Notes under the pieces: model-generated
Told to the model about the DNA's origin: nothing
The model's input: only the letters and a program-made list of their open reading frames with translations
The model's database searches: none
Shown: piece by piece, positions 30,901 to 40,109 of the stretch
How the letters are laid out: every line of letters begins with the position of its first letter
Numbering within the stretch: the stretch's first letter is position 1
Program-made: the position numbers and the translations under genes
DNA from: Vicinamibacterales bacterium
GTDB taxonomy: Bacteria; Acidobacteriota; Vicinamibacteria; Vicinamibacterales; UBA8438
NCBI GenBank assembly: GCA_965262555.1
Contig: OZ253543.1
Coordinates: 1,546,970 to 1,610,969, forward strand
DNA: 64,000 nucleotides
Reading direction: 5' to 3'

Positions 30901-31899
30901 CGCCACCACCGCGATCAGCAGGCCGATCAACAGGACATCGGCGGGCGATCGGACCACCGTCCGTTCGGCGAACGGACCGCCGGCGGCGGCCGCCGCCTGG
31001 GCGTTGATCGTCCAGAGGATCACACTCGCTCCCACCAGGCCGGCGGCGCCGAGCATCGTCCGCCGAACCGCCTGCTCCCGCGCGGCGCGGCGCGGCGCCA
31101 GCAGTAGTTCGGGTAGCGCCGCAAGCAGCAGCAGCACCGCGACGGCAGCGAGCAGCCAACGGCGCATCGTCTGCCACCACTGCGCGCGCGCCGTTTCCGG
31201 ATCGGGGGCTGTCACCTCGACCTCGAGCAACGGTTCCCCGTCGGGCGACGCGAGGACGAACCGTCCCGATCCGTCCGCCGCCTGGCTCGTCCTGGAGGCG
31301 TCCCCGCTGGCCGGCTGCAGGGTGATCGGCGCACGCAGTGAATCGATTGGGGATGGTTCGTTCTCCGATGTCAAGCCGTCGACCGGTGACAGCACCCGTT
31401 CGGCGGCGACCGATCCGAGACGGCGCGCCGGCTGTGCGCCGTCGCCAGTCGTCCGGATCGGTTCGAGATGGACCAGCCGCAGGCCGGTGCGTCCGGCGGT
31501 GACGAACAGTCCACGGTCGCCAAGGATCCGTTCGCGTGGCAGCTCCGATGGATGGCCCGTCCAGGCGCGTGGCGCGCCAGCGGCGTCGTAGATCGTGAGG
31601 TCCAGTCCACGCGAGCCAATCGACGCTGCCAGGTCGAAGAGCGGGGTCAGGGTACCCGAAGGGTCGCCGAGGCGCCGGTCGACCTCCGGATGGCTGGCCA
31701 CCAGCGCGGTGCTGTCGGCCAGCGTGGTGGTGAGCTGCGCGAATCGGGCCCGCACTTCACGCTCCACTCCCCCGAACACCGCGTCGGGAGACGTGGCGAA
31801 CCGAAAGGGCCCCGCGACCCAACCGATTCCGACCACGATCACCGCACCGACGAGCGCGGCGGTCGCCACCCGGGGCCACGCGCCGAAGGGGTTGCTCAT
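27979..31899 (-). CDS. Very large multi-pass membrane sensor histidine kinase, NtrY-type transmitter (HAMP, HisKA, HATPase_c)
   Basis: About 1306 aa with many TM helices and large non-cytoplasmic regions. It has a HAMP domain (PVQRLTRATRRIARGDFDARV), the H-box VAHDIKNPLTPVQLSAEHL (NtrY-like), and N/G boxes in the last 150 aa. I place the start at ATG 31899 (ATGA overlap with the upstream gene); the track start is GTG 31938. Confidence 0.85.
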   Translation of the reverse strand: MSNPFGAWPRVATAALVGAVIVVGIGWVAGPFRFATSPDAVFGGVEREVRARFAQLTTTLADSTALVASHPEVDRRLGDPSGTLTPLFDLAASIGSRGLDLTIYDAAGAPRAWTGHPSELPRERILGDRGLFVTAGRTGLRLVHLEPIRTTGDGAQPARRLGSVAAERVLSPVDGLTSENEPSPIDSLRAPITLQPASGDASRTSQAADGSGRFVLASPDGEPLLEVEVTAPDPETARAQWWQTMRRWLLAAVAVLLLLAALPELLLAPRRAAREQAVRRTMLGAAGLVGASVILWTINAQAAAAAGGPFAERTVVRSPADVLLIGLLIAVVAVTTVRFVDGARFTWRTRPRSSRAAMLVGHLAAGGATAIWLGGCEAVMSGSSARSLVSLLDASINPWDPTRLAGLLGLLVGASSSIWIGAQPLLLADARWNRRRHRLGTAALTAWVLPSVAILIATSVPTGPYLSVVGATIGISLLSPQVRPRLRHGSESGRLTLLLACLVLPAILAYPLMAHHRDVARRTSIEAEFAPATVSHAQSLLASLSRTRDDIDAYLARMPAPVSEAAAGGPTPDEAFALWRQTDLADQRLSSAIELYDANGALASRFALDFPEYSAAAQSFQPTECAWTVYGEVSPFGSQERRLLHAERAMCGPAGGGGIEVAGHRLLGSVIVHVPLDYESLPFIPADSPYDELIRPPSTQSVAPIRLDSDISLAIYGWGRSTIFTSGAGAWTIDETLFNQIYASRDPFWTTLRAGGLVSDVYISNNRSGIYAVGQRRLTWFDHAARLAELVAIMGTAFVAWLILLTLVEPFTSERYRVGRELTRELRVSFYRRLFLAFVVIAVAPVLVLAVIIRNYSTAQLRADIQAGAAQTAITAQRVIDELEQAGSDAGSVVTDDLLVFVSQILDQDVHIYGGAQLVATSERDLFASGLLPTRTPSAVYSTIALAGAPSFVAEDRIGPQAYLVAAAPIRSVGPDAILTIPLASQQREIERQITNLDRGLLLGVTLLILLGAGSGFYIAERIADPVQRLTRATRRIARGDFDARVATRSADELARLVGSFNQMAQELAEQRRRLERTNRLEAWAEMARQVAHDIKNPLTPVQLSAEHLQRVHRDRGEPLGPVVGECIDAILKQVRILRQIASEFSSYAISPSVAPEPTALADLVTGVLEPYRVGLRDRIRLVIDVPPRLPLLSIDRSLIARALTNIIENALHAMADDGTLTIAATARDDAVDLTVRDSGVGLDEATLARVFEPYFSTRTSGTGLGMAIAKRNVELNGGTIAVASAKGAGTTVTLRFPRAAASTSA

Positions 31900-33146
31900 T
31901 GCTGCATCGGCGGTAGTGGCAGGCGCACGGGGTGCCACTCCGCCATCAGCGCCGGGTCGAGCCGGTCCGGGAGCGGCAGGAGTGGATGGGGAGGGAACGT
32001 CATCGACAGGCGTGTCGGGCCCATGGGTTCGGTCAGGGTGACCAGACGACCGTCGGTGGTGATGAGTGCCAGGCGCGGCATGACGGACACCGGGACCGGC
32101 GGATCAGCCGGCGGCGGGATGACGTACGGCGGCGCGGCCAAATCGGCCGGCGCGTCGTAGCGGCCTGCCGGTGCCCCGGTCTCGGCATCGAAGAAGAGCG
32201 CGGACTCCGACACGCCGGTCACCATGAGGAGCGATCCGGTGCGGATCGGTCCGCTCGTCGGCCGGTGCTCCAGAAAGGTCCGCCAGCGGCGCGCGCCATT
32301 CCAGCGGTCGAGGGCGCGCAGCACGTTGTCGCGCGCCGTGAAATATACCCGCGCGGCGTCGATCGCCGGCGTGCCGACGATATCGCCCCCGGCCCTCCAG
32401 TACCAGTCGTGTTCGCCATCGGCCAGCCCCAGACGATAGAAGTGATGATCGGCCGATCCGACGAAGAGTGCATCAAGCGGCAGAATCCCCTGCGGCTGGC
32501 CAGTCAGGCGGCGTGCCCAGAGCAGGGCACCGGTGTCGAGGGCCAACGCGACCACCTGCCCGTCGTCCAGTGGCACGTAGAGGCGGTCACCGGCGGCGCT
32601 CGGCGACACGGTCGGTGTTGCGCCGAGCCGCTGCCGCCACATCTCGGCGCCGTCGAGAGCGCGCAGCGCGACGAGGTCGCCGTCAGCGGTGCCCGCAATC
32701 AGCCATCCGGCGCCGAAGTAGAGCGGCCCCGCGATCGGCGAAGCGAACGAGCGGGTCCAGAGGGGGAAGCCGTCCTGCGCCCGCCGGGCGGTCAGCTCGG
32801 CGCCTCCGGCCGCCATGACCAGCTCCTCGCCGGCGACGGGAGGCTGGTCCGCGATCTGTTCGACCGACCAGCGGATCTCGCCGGTCAGCAGCTCGACCGC
32901 TGCAAGGGATCCGTTGCGGAGCGCCACATAGGCGCGTGTACCGTCCCAGGCAGGCGGGTGGCGCGGTCCGACGCCCAGGTCGAGGGTCCAGGCGACATCG
33001 GCCGGCAGCAGACGCCGCGTGACCGCCGGCGTGTCGTCCTCGGGCGCTTGGCCAGCGGCGTGCGGCGGCGATCCGATCAGCGTGCAGGCGGTCAGCCCAG
33101 CGACGAGGGAACGGATCCACGTGCAGCCGGCGCAGCGTCGATCCAT
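31896..33146 (-). CDS. PQQ-repeat beta-propeller lipoprotein (BamB-like fold)
   Basis: 416 aa from ATG 33146. It has the lipobox VAGLTAC and repeated 'G(E/A)xxW' blade motifs (GEIRWSV, GFPLWTR, GAEMWRQ, GALLWAR, GEHDWYW, GARRWRT). The track ORF to 34664 is an artefactual extension antisense to guaA. Confidence 0.75.
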   Translation of the reverse strand: MDRRCAGCTWIRSLVAGLTACTLIGSPPHAAGQAPEDDTPAVTRRLLPADVAWTLDLGVGPRHPPAWDGTRAYVALRNGSLAAVELLTGEIRWSVEQIADQPPVAGEELVMAAGGAELTARRAQDGFPLWTRSFASPIAGPLYFGAGWLIAGTADGDLVALRALDGAEMWRQRLGATPTVSPSAAGDRLYVPLDDGQVVALALDTGALLWARRLTGQPQGILPLDALFVGSADHHFYRLGLADGEHDWYWRAGGDIVGTPAIDAARVYFTARDNVLRALDRWNGARRWRTFLEHRPTSGPIRTGSLLMVTGVSESALFFDAETGAPAGRYDAPADLAAPPYVIPPPADPPVPVSVMPRLALITTDGRLVTLTEPMGPTRLSMTFPPHPLLPLPDRLDPALMAEWHPVRLPLPPMQQ

Positions 33147-33148
33147 AC

Positions 33149-33163
33149 CCGGTATAATACCGG
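33149..33163. promoter_or_regulatory. 15-bp palindrome CCGGTATAATACCGG offering a -10 hexamer on both strands (TATAAT toward guaA, TATTAT toward the propeller gene)
   Basis: TATAAT is at 33153-33158 (+). The minus-strand TATTAT ends 7 nt before ATG 33146. Confidence 0.35.
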
Positions 33164-33230
33164 CAGCCGTGCGGCGTCCTGGCCCGGTACTCCTTTCCTT
33201 GCAGGATGTGTTCGCCGGCCCCGTGAGCAG

Positions 33231-34772
33231 GTGAGTCATCAGACCATTCTGGTTCTCGACTTCGGATCCCAATACACCCAACTCATTGCCAGGCGTCTTC
33301 GCGAACTCTCTGTCTATACCGAGATCGTTCCGTTCGACACCGACGCTGCATCCATCCGTGGTCGCGGCGCCGCCGGGGTGATCCTGTCGGGTGGGCCGTC
33401 GAGCCTCTCGGACGCCGGCGCGCCACGGGTCGACCCGGCGATCTTCGATAGCGGCATCCCGATCCTGGGAATCTGCTACGGCATGCAGGCGATGACCGGT
33501 GTGCTGGGCGGCGGGGTTATCCCGGCGACGGAGCGTGAGTACGGCCATGCCACGGTCACGCTGCAGGAGCGGGACGGGTTGTTCGACGGCGTGCCGGACA
33601 CACTCCGGGTCTGGGCCAGCCATGGCGACCGGGTGAGCGAGGCGCCGCCGGGGTTCACGGTGACGGCGACCAGTCCGAACGCACCGGTGGCGGCGATGGC
33701 CGATCCCGAACGGCGGATCTACGGGCTGCTGTTTCATCCGGAGGTCGTCCACACGGAGCATGGCGCCGACATTCTCCGAAACTTCGCCGGCCGTGTCTGC
33801 GGCTGCGCGGGTGACTGGACAATGGCGTCGTTCATTGACGAGGCGACCGATCGGATCCGGGCGCAGGTGGGCGAGGAGGGGCGTATCGTCTGCGGGTTGA
33901 GCGGCGGTGTCGATTCGACCGTCGCCGGGTTGCTGATCCATCGCGCGATTGGTGACCGGCTTACCTGCATGTTCGTGGACAACGGCCTGCTGCGGCTGAA
34001 CGAGGCGGCGCAGGTGGAGGAGCGGTTCACCACGCGGATGCATCTGCCGCTGGTCTGCGAGGATGCGTCCGACAGGTTTCTCGCCGCACTCGCCGGCGTG
34101 ATTGACCCGGAGGTGAAGCGGAAGATCATCGGCCGCACGTTCGTCGACGTCTTCGAGGCGGTTGCCGCGCGGCTCGGCACCTTCGACTTCCTCGCGCAGG
34201 GGACGCTTTATCCCGACGTGATCGAAAGCGTGTCGGTGGTCGGACCGTCGTCGGCGATCAAGAGCCACCACAACGTCGGCGGTCTTCCCGAGCGCCTCCG
34301 CTTCAAGCTGGTCGAACCGCTGCGCGAACTGTTCAAGGACGAGGTGCGCGCGCTGGGTGAGGAGTTGGGCCTGGAGTCCGATTTCGTCTGGCGCCAGCCG
34401 TTCCCGGGGCCTGGGCTCGCGGTCCGGATCCTGGGCGAGGTGACGCGCGAACGCCTCGATCTGCTGCGGCGCGCCGACACCATCGTGGTGGCCGAGGTGC
34501 GTCGTGCCGGGCTGTACCGCGAGCTCTGGCAAGCATTCGCCGTCCTGCTGCCGATCCAGACCGTCGGCGTGATGGGAGACGGCCGGACCTACGAGTGCAC
34601 GGTGGCGATCCGCGCGGTCGAGAGCCGTGACGGGATGACCGCCGACTGGGCGCGCCTGCCGCACGATCTGCTGGCGACCATCTCGTCACGCATCGTGAAC
34701 GAGGTGCGCGGCATCAACCGCGTCGTCTACGACATCAGCTCGAAACCACCATCCACGATCGAGTGGGAGTAG
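33231..34772 (+). CDS. guaA: GMP synthase (glutamine-hydrolysing)
   Basis: 513 aa from GTG 33231 ([25 protein letters not shown]...). It has the GATase domain, the ATP-PPase loop GLSGGVDS and the C-terminal ...PPSTIEWE. Confidence 0.95.
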   Translation: MSHQTILVLDFGSQYTQLIARRLRELSVYTEIVPFDTDAASIRGRGAAGVILSGGPSSLSDAGAPRVDPAIFDSGIPILGICYGMQAMTGVLGGGVIPATEREYGHATVTLQERDGLFDGVPDTLRVWASHGDRVSEAPPGFTVTATSPNAPVAAMADPERRIYGLLFHPEVVHTEHGADILRNFAGRVCGCAGDWTMASFIDEATDRIRAQVGEEGRIVCGLSGGVDSTVAGLLIHRAIGDRLTCMFVDNGLLRLNEAAQVEERFTTRMHLPLVCEDASDRFLAALAGVIDPEVKRKIIGRTFVDVFEAVAARLGTFDFLAQGTLYPDVIESVSVVGPSSAIKSHHNVGGLPERLRFKLVEPLRELFKDEVRALGEELGLESDFVWRQPFPGPGLAVRILGEVTRERLDLLRRADTIVVAEVRRAGLYRELWQAFAVLLPIQTVGVMGDGRTYECTVAIRAVESRDGMTADWARLPHDLLATISSRIVNEVRGINRVVYDISSKPPSTIEWE

Positions 34773-34800
34773 GCGCGGGAACCGGGTGAGCCTGTAGACG

Positions 34801-37800
34801 ATGGCCGATTTCGTTCACCTCCACCTGCACACCGAGTTCTCCCTCCTTGATGGCGCCTGCCGGATCGGCGAGATGCTCGACCGCGTGGCCGAGTTGAAGA
34901 TGCCAGCGGTGGCGGTGACCGAGCATGGCAATCTCTTTTCCGCCGTCGCCTTCCACGACGCGGCGCGCCTGCGGGGCATCAAGCCGATCATCGGCTGCGA
35001 GGTGTACGTGGCACCCGGCGACCGCCACGACCGGAGCGGGCAGCCGGGCGACACGGCGAATCACCTAGTGTTGCTTGCGTCGAACGAGACCGGCTACCAC
35101 AACCTGATCAAGCTGGTGTCCTCCGGCTACACCGAGGGCTTCTACTACAAGCCGCGGATCGACAAGGACCTACTGGCGCAGCATGCCGGCGGGTTGATCG
35201 GCCTGAGCAGTTGCCTCAAGGGAGAAGTGGCGCAGCGGTTGACGCGCCAGCAGGACGCCGGGGCGCGCGCGGCTGCCGCCACGTTCCGCGACATCCTGGG
35301 CTCGGGCAACTTCTACCTGGAGATGCAGTACCAGGGGATCCCCGACCAGCAGGTGGTCAACCGGGGATTGCAGCCGATCGCGACCGACCTCAACCTGCCG
35401 ATCGTCTGCACGAACGACGTCCATTACCTGCGTCGCGCGGACGTTGAAGCGCACGACGTCCTGCTCTGCATCGGCACCGGCAAGAACGTCGACGACGAGA
35501 AGCGCCTCCGGTACCACGGGGATCAGTTCTTCCTGAAGACGCCTGAGGAAATGGCGGCGGTCTTCGGGGATTTCCCGGAGGCGCTCGCGAACACCGTGGC
35601 GATCGCCGAGCGGTGCGACGTCGAGATCCCGGAACAGGTCTACCACCTGCCGCACTTCGACGTCCCGGAGCCATTCACCGCGCCGGACGAGTATTTCGCA
35701 CACGTGACCCGGAACGGGTTCGCTGAACGGCGCGCGCGGCTCGAGGACCTGGCGGCGCGCGGCTTGTTGCGGCATTCGCTCGACGAGTACCGGCAGCGGC
35801 TCGACTACGAGATCGGCGTCATCCGGAACATGGGCTTCGCCGGCTACTTCCTGATCGTCTGGGATTTCATCCGATACGCGCGGGAGCAGGGGGTGCCGGT
35901 CGGCCCGGGGCGCGGCTCGGCCGCCGGCAGCCTCGTCGCCTACGCGCTCCGGATCACGGATGTCGATCCGCTGGAGTACGACCTGATCTTCGAGCGGTTT
36001 CTCAACCCGGAGCGGATCTCGCTCCCGGACATCGATATCGACTTCTGCGAACGGCGGCGCGGCGAGATCATCGACTACGTCACCCGTAAGTACGGCCGCG
36101 AGAACGTGGCGCAGATCATCACCTTCGGCACGATGAAGGCGCGCGCGGTGGTGCGCGACGTCGGCCGTGTGCAGGGACTCTCCTACGGCGAGGCGGACCG
36201 GGTGGCGAAGCAGATCCCGGGAACGCTCGACATGACGCTCGACAAGGCCATCGCCGAAAACCCCGTGCTTCGCGAGATGGAGCGGGACGATTCGAAGGTA
36301 CACGACCTGCTCCGGGTGGCGCGCCGTCTCGAGGGGGTCACGCGCCACGCGTCGGTGCATGCCGCCGGCGTCGTGATCGCGCCGGCGGGCATCTCCGAGT
36401 TCGCGCCCCTGTACAAGAGTCAGAAGAACGAGATCACGACGCAGTGGGGCTGGAAGGAGATCGAGCGGGTCGGTTTGCTCAAAATGGACTTCCTCGGATT
36501 GAGCACGCTGACCCTGCTCCACGACGCGGTGGACACGATCGAGCAGACGACCGGCGAACGGATCGCGCTCGACGCGATTCCGCTCGACGACGCCCCCACC
36601 TACCGGCTGTTCGCCGACGCCCGGACGAACGGGATCTTCCAGTTCGAGAGTTCCGGCATGCGTGAGGTGCTGCGGAAGGCGAAGCCGGAGCGGTTCGACG
36701 ACCTGATCGCGCTTAACGCGCTCTACCGTCCAGGCCCGCTCGGCGGCGGCGTCATCGACAAGTACATTGCGCAGAAGGACGGCAAGCAGCGGATCACGCA
36801 CGCCACGCCGGAGCTCGAGCCGATCCTGCAGGAGACCTACGGCGTCATCGCCTACCAGGAACAGGTGATGCGGATCGCGGGCGAGCTGGCCGGCTTCTCC
36901 ATGGGCCAGGCGGACATCCTCCGCAAGGCGATGGGGAAGAAGAGCGAGGCGGTGATGGAGGCGCAGCGCGAGCCGTTCATGCAGGGCGCGGTTGCGCATG
37001 GCCTGCCGGAGGAGACGGCGAAGGACATCTTCGATCTGATCAAGCACTTTGCCGGCTACGGGTTTAACAAGAGCCACTCGACTGCCTATGCGCTCCTGGC
37101 GTACCAGACGGCGTACCTGAAGGTGCACTCCCCGGCGCACTTCATGGCGGCGCTACTGACCATCGAACGGGGGAACACCGACAAGGTGGCACTCTACGTC
37201 GGCGAGTGCGGCGACGTAGGCGTCGCGATGCTGGCGCCCGACATCAACGAAAGCGATTGGGTCTTCAGCGTCACGCCGCAGGGCGTCCGGTTCGGCCTGT
37301 GCGCGGTGAAGAACGTGGGTGACGGCGCGGTCGAGGCCATCGTCGCGGCGCGCCGGCGGGTGGGGCGCTTCAGGTCGATCCATCACTTCTGTGAAGAGGT
37401 GAGTCTCCGGCACGTCAACAAGAAAGCGCTCGAGTGCCTGGTGAAGGCGGGCGCGTTCAACGCCTGTCGAGACGGGACGGATCGTGCAGACGCCGCGTCG
37501 AATGGCGCCGGACTACGACGGCGCGGGGCACAACTGCTGGCGACGCTCGACAGCGCGTTTGAACAGGGCGCCCGGCGGCAGCACGATCGCGCGCAGGGCC
37601 AGAACGACCTGTTCGGCGGCGCCGATGCGGGCGAGGCACACGGTGCGGGACGCGGGCTTCCCGACGTGCTGCCCTGGACTGAGGCGGAGCAGCTCGCCTG
37701 CGAGAAGGAGGCGCTCGGCTTTTATCTGAGCGGCCATCCGATCGACCGATTTCGTGACGACCTCGCGCGGGCGGGTGTCCGGGCGATCACGACACTCGCC

Positions 37801-38310
37801 CATTCGGCGGCGTCGGTTCGGATCGGCGGGATCATCACGGCGATCCGGCACCTGAGAACGAAGAAGGGCGATCCGATGGCGGTGGCTACCATCGAGGACT
37901 GGGGCGGGCGGATCGAGGCGGTGGTCTTTCCGGAGGCGTTCCGGAAGTACGGCCGGATGTTGGAGACCGACCGTCTGGTCGTGGTCGAGGGGAAGCTGGA
38001 GGTGGACGACGAGTCCCGCCGGCTGACCGCCGGCGAGATCAAGGCGCTCGACACGGTGCTCGGTGAAGCAGGGCGGCGCCTCGCGATTCGCGTGGCGTCG
38101 CCGCCGGCTGATCGGGCGACGTTCATCGCGCTGGCCGCGGTGCTCGCGAAGCACCATGGCGCCGGGAAGGTGGCGCTGGAGATCGACCTGCGCGATCAGG
38201 TGCCGGCGGTCCGGATCCGCGCGGAGTTGAATCGGGCGCGGGTCAATCCATCCGACGTGCTGATAGCGGAGGTCGAGGCGGTCTGCGGCAAGGGGACCGT
38301 TTCGTGGTAG
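34801..38310 (+). CDS. dnaE: DNA polymerase III alpha subunit
   Basis: 1169 aa with the PHP N-terminus FVHLHLHTEFSLLDG and full-length collinearity. Confidence 0.97.
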   Translation: MADFVHLHLHTEFSLLDGACRIGEMLDRVAELKMPAVAVTEHGNLFSAVAFHDAARLRGIKPIIGCEVYVAPGDRHDRSGQPGDTANHLVLLASNETGYHNLIKLVSSGYTEGFYYKPRIDKDLLAQHAGGLIGLSSCLKGEVAQRLTRQQDAGARAAAATFRDILGSGNFYLEMQYQGIPDQQVVNRGLQPIATDLNLPIVCTNDVHYLRRADVEAHDVLLCIGTGKNVDDEKRLRYHGDQFFLKTPEEMAAVFGDFPEALANTVAIAERCDVEIPEQVYHLPHFDVPEPFTAPDEYFAHVTRNGFAERRARLEDLAARGLLRHSLDEYRQRLDYEIGVIRNMGFAGYFLIVWDFIRYAREQGVPVGPGRGSAAGSLVAYALRITDVDPLEYDLIFERFLNPERISLPDIDIDFCERRRGEIIDYVTRKYGRENVAQIITFGTMKARAVVRDVGRVQGLSYGEADRVAKQIPGTLDMTLDKAIAENPVLREMERDDSKVHDLLRVARRLEGVTRHASVHAAGVVIAPAGISEFAPLYKSQKNEITTQWGWKEIERVGLLKMDFLGLSTLTLLHDAVDTIEQTTGERIALDAIPLDDAPTYRLFADARTNGIFQFESSGMREVLRKAKPERFDDLIALNALYRPGPLGGGVIDKYIAQKDGKQRITHATPELEPILQETYGVIAYQEQVMRIAGELAGFSMGQADILRKAMGKKSEAVMEAQREPFMQGAVAHGLPEETAKDIFDLIKHFAGYGFNKSHSTAYALLAYQTAYLKVHSPAHFMAALLTIERGNTDKVALYVGECGDVGVAMLAPDINESDWVFSVTPQGVRFGLCAVKNVGDGAVEAIVAARRRVGRFRSIHHFCEEVSLRHVNKKALECLVKAGAFNACRDGTDRADAASNGAGLRRRGAQLLATLDSAFEQGARRQHDRAQGQNDLFGGADAGEAHGAGRGLPDVLPWTEAEQLACEKEALGFYLSGHPIDRFRDDLARAGVRAITTLAHSAASVRIGGIITAIRHLRTKKGDPMAVATIEDWGGRIEAVVFPEAFRKYGRMLETDRLVVVEGKLEVDDESRRLTAGEIKALDTVLGEAGRRLAIRVASPPADRATFIALAAVLAKHHGAGKVALEIDLRDQVPAVRIRAELNRARVNPSDVLIAEVEAVCGKGTVSW

Positions 38311-40094
38311 GGGACGTCACGAACGGCGACTCTCACGCCGCCGGCGGCGACACCGTGGCAAGGAACGGCCGTGGGTATGTTGCGCCGATCTGGTGCCATG
38401 TCGATCCTGGCGACCCGTCGGCGGCGGAACGGATTGAGCGCGAGCTGGCGATCCATCCGGCCGTGGCGCGACTGCTCGTGCAGCGCGGTGTTGCCGATCT
38501 GGCCACCGCCGAGCGCTTTCTCCATCCCAGTCTCGATCACCTGCATGATCCGTCGACGCTGCCCGATCTGGACCGCGCGGTCGATCGGCTGCAGCAAGCC
38601 ATCGACCGGCACGAACCAATCACGGTGCACGGCGACTACGACGCCGATGGCATCAGCGCCACCGTCATGGTGCGGCGCGCACTGGAATGGCTGGGCGCCG
38701 ATGTCGCGCATTACATCCCCGAGCGCCTGACCGACGGCTATGGTCTGCAGACGGAGACGATCGACCGCCTGCATACCGAGGGACGGCGTGTCGTCGTCAC
38801 CGTCGACTGCGGCATCCGAAGTCACGCGGCGGCGGCGCGGGCGCAGGCGCTCGGCATCGATCTGCTCGTGACCGATCATCATGAGCCCGGCGAGACGCTG
38901 CCCGATGCGTACGCCGTCATCAACCCGCGCCGGTCCGACAGCAACTATCCCGACCGGAACCTGGCGGGCGCCGGTGTCGCGTTCAAGCTCGTGCAGTCGC
39001 TCTGCGAGCGGACGGGCCACGTCGCGTGGCTGCCGGGCTTCTCCAAGCTGGCCGCGATCGGTACGCTGGCCGACGCGGTGCCGCTGGTGGGGGAGAACCG
39101 TGTCATTGCGAGGGTGGGGCTCGATCAGTTGTCGCGTGGACCGCATACGGTTGGGCTGCAGGCGCTGCTTGATGTGTGCGATCTGGCGGGCAAGCCAATC
39201 GACAGCGACGCGGTAGCGTTCCGCGTCGCGCCGCGGATCAATGCCGCGGGCCGGATGCAGTCGCCCGAACTGGCGATGCGTCTGCTGCTGGCCACCGGCT
39301 TGGCTGCCGCTGCCACGGCGCAACACGACGCCGTTCAGATCAACGCCGAGAACCTGCGGCGGCGCGCCGAGGAGCATGCCATAACGGCTGAGGCACGCCG
39401 CGCCGTCGACGGGGATCCGGAGCTCGCCGGCGCGCGCCTGCTGGTGGTCTGGGGCAATGGGTGGCACCGGGGTGTCGTCGGCATCGTTGCATCGAAACTG
39501 GTCGAGACGTTCACCCGACCTGCGGTGGTGCTGTCGGTCGACCGTGACGAGGCGCATGGTTCCGGGCGCAGCCTGCCGGGGTTCGATTTACTGGCGGCGC
39601 TCGAGTCGTGCGGCGAGTTGTTTACGCGGTTCGGTGGTCACCGGCAGGCGGCGGGGATGGTGCTTGCCACGGACCGGCTGCCTGAGCTGCGCCGGCGCCT
39701 CGCCCGGTACGCCGACGAGCGAATCGATCCGGAGGCGCTGGCGCCCCGTCTGATGGTGGATGCGCCGCTGCCGCTCACGTCGATCAACAGGTCGCTCATC
39801 AAGGGCCTTGCCGCGATGGAGCCGTTCGGGCGGGGCAACCCCCGGCCGGTCTTCTCGGCTGCGCCCGTTGACGTGGTGGACGGACCTCGGCGGCTGAAGG
39901 ACCAGCACGTGCAGATGACGGTTGGCCAGGAACGGGCGCGGTTTCGGGCGATTGCCTGGCGCGCGGGCGACCGGATTGATCGCTACACCGACCGGGGAGG
40001 CGGTCTGCGTCTCGCCTTTTCGTTGAGCGAGAACCGCTTCCGGGGGAACACCTACACCGAGCTGGCCGTTGCCGACGCAGTACCCGCCCGATAG
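38304..40094 (+). CDS. recJ: Single-stranded-DNA-specific exonuclease RecJ
   Basis: DHH motifs (ITVHGDYDADGISA, VVTVDCG, LLVTDHHEPG) and a DHHA1 region. The exact start is uncertain; the ORF start overlaps the dnaE end by 7 nt. Confidence 0.9.
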   Translation: MVGDVTNGDSHAAGGDTVARNGRGYVAPIWCHVDPGDPSAAERIERELAIHPAVARLLVQRGVADLATAERFLHPSLDHLHDPSTLPDLDRAVDRLQQAIDRHEPITVHGDYDADGISATVMVRRALEWLGADVAHYIPERLTDGYGLQTETIDRLHTEGRRVVVTVDCGIRSHAAAARAQALGIDLLVTDHHEPGETLPDAYAVINPRRSDSNYPDRNLAGAGVAFKLVQSLCERTGHVAWLPGFSKLAAIGTLADAVPLVGENRVIARVGLDQLSRGPHTVGLQALLDVCDLAGKPIDSDAVAFRVAPRINAAGRMQSPELAMRLLLATGLAAAATAQHDAVQINAENLRRRAEEHAITAEARRAVDGDPELAGARLLVVWGNGWHRGVVGIVASKLVETFTRPAVVLSVDRDEAHGSGRSLPGFDLLAALESCGELFTRFGGHRQAAGMVLATDRLPELRRRLARYADERIDPEALAPRLMVDAPLPLTSINRSLIKGLAAMEPFGRGNPRPVFSAAPVDVVDGPRRLKDQHVQMTVGQERARFRAIAWRAGDRIDRYTDRGGGLRLAFSLSENRFRGNTYTELAVADAVPAR

Positions 40095-40109
40095 AGTGAG
40101 TGCGGGCAT

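Noticed and set aside
31896-34772. A pair of ~920-950-aa mutually antisense ORFs (31896..34664 minus, 31932..34772 plus) that could be read as two giant genes.
   Set aside because: Only the 3' 513 codons of the plus ORF (guaA, from GTG 33231) and the 3' 416 codons of the minus ORF (propeller lipoprotein, from ATG 33146) carry real protein signatures. The remainders are antisense read-through.
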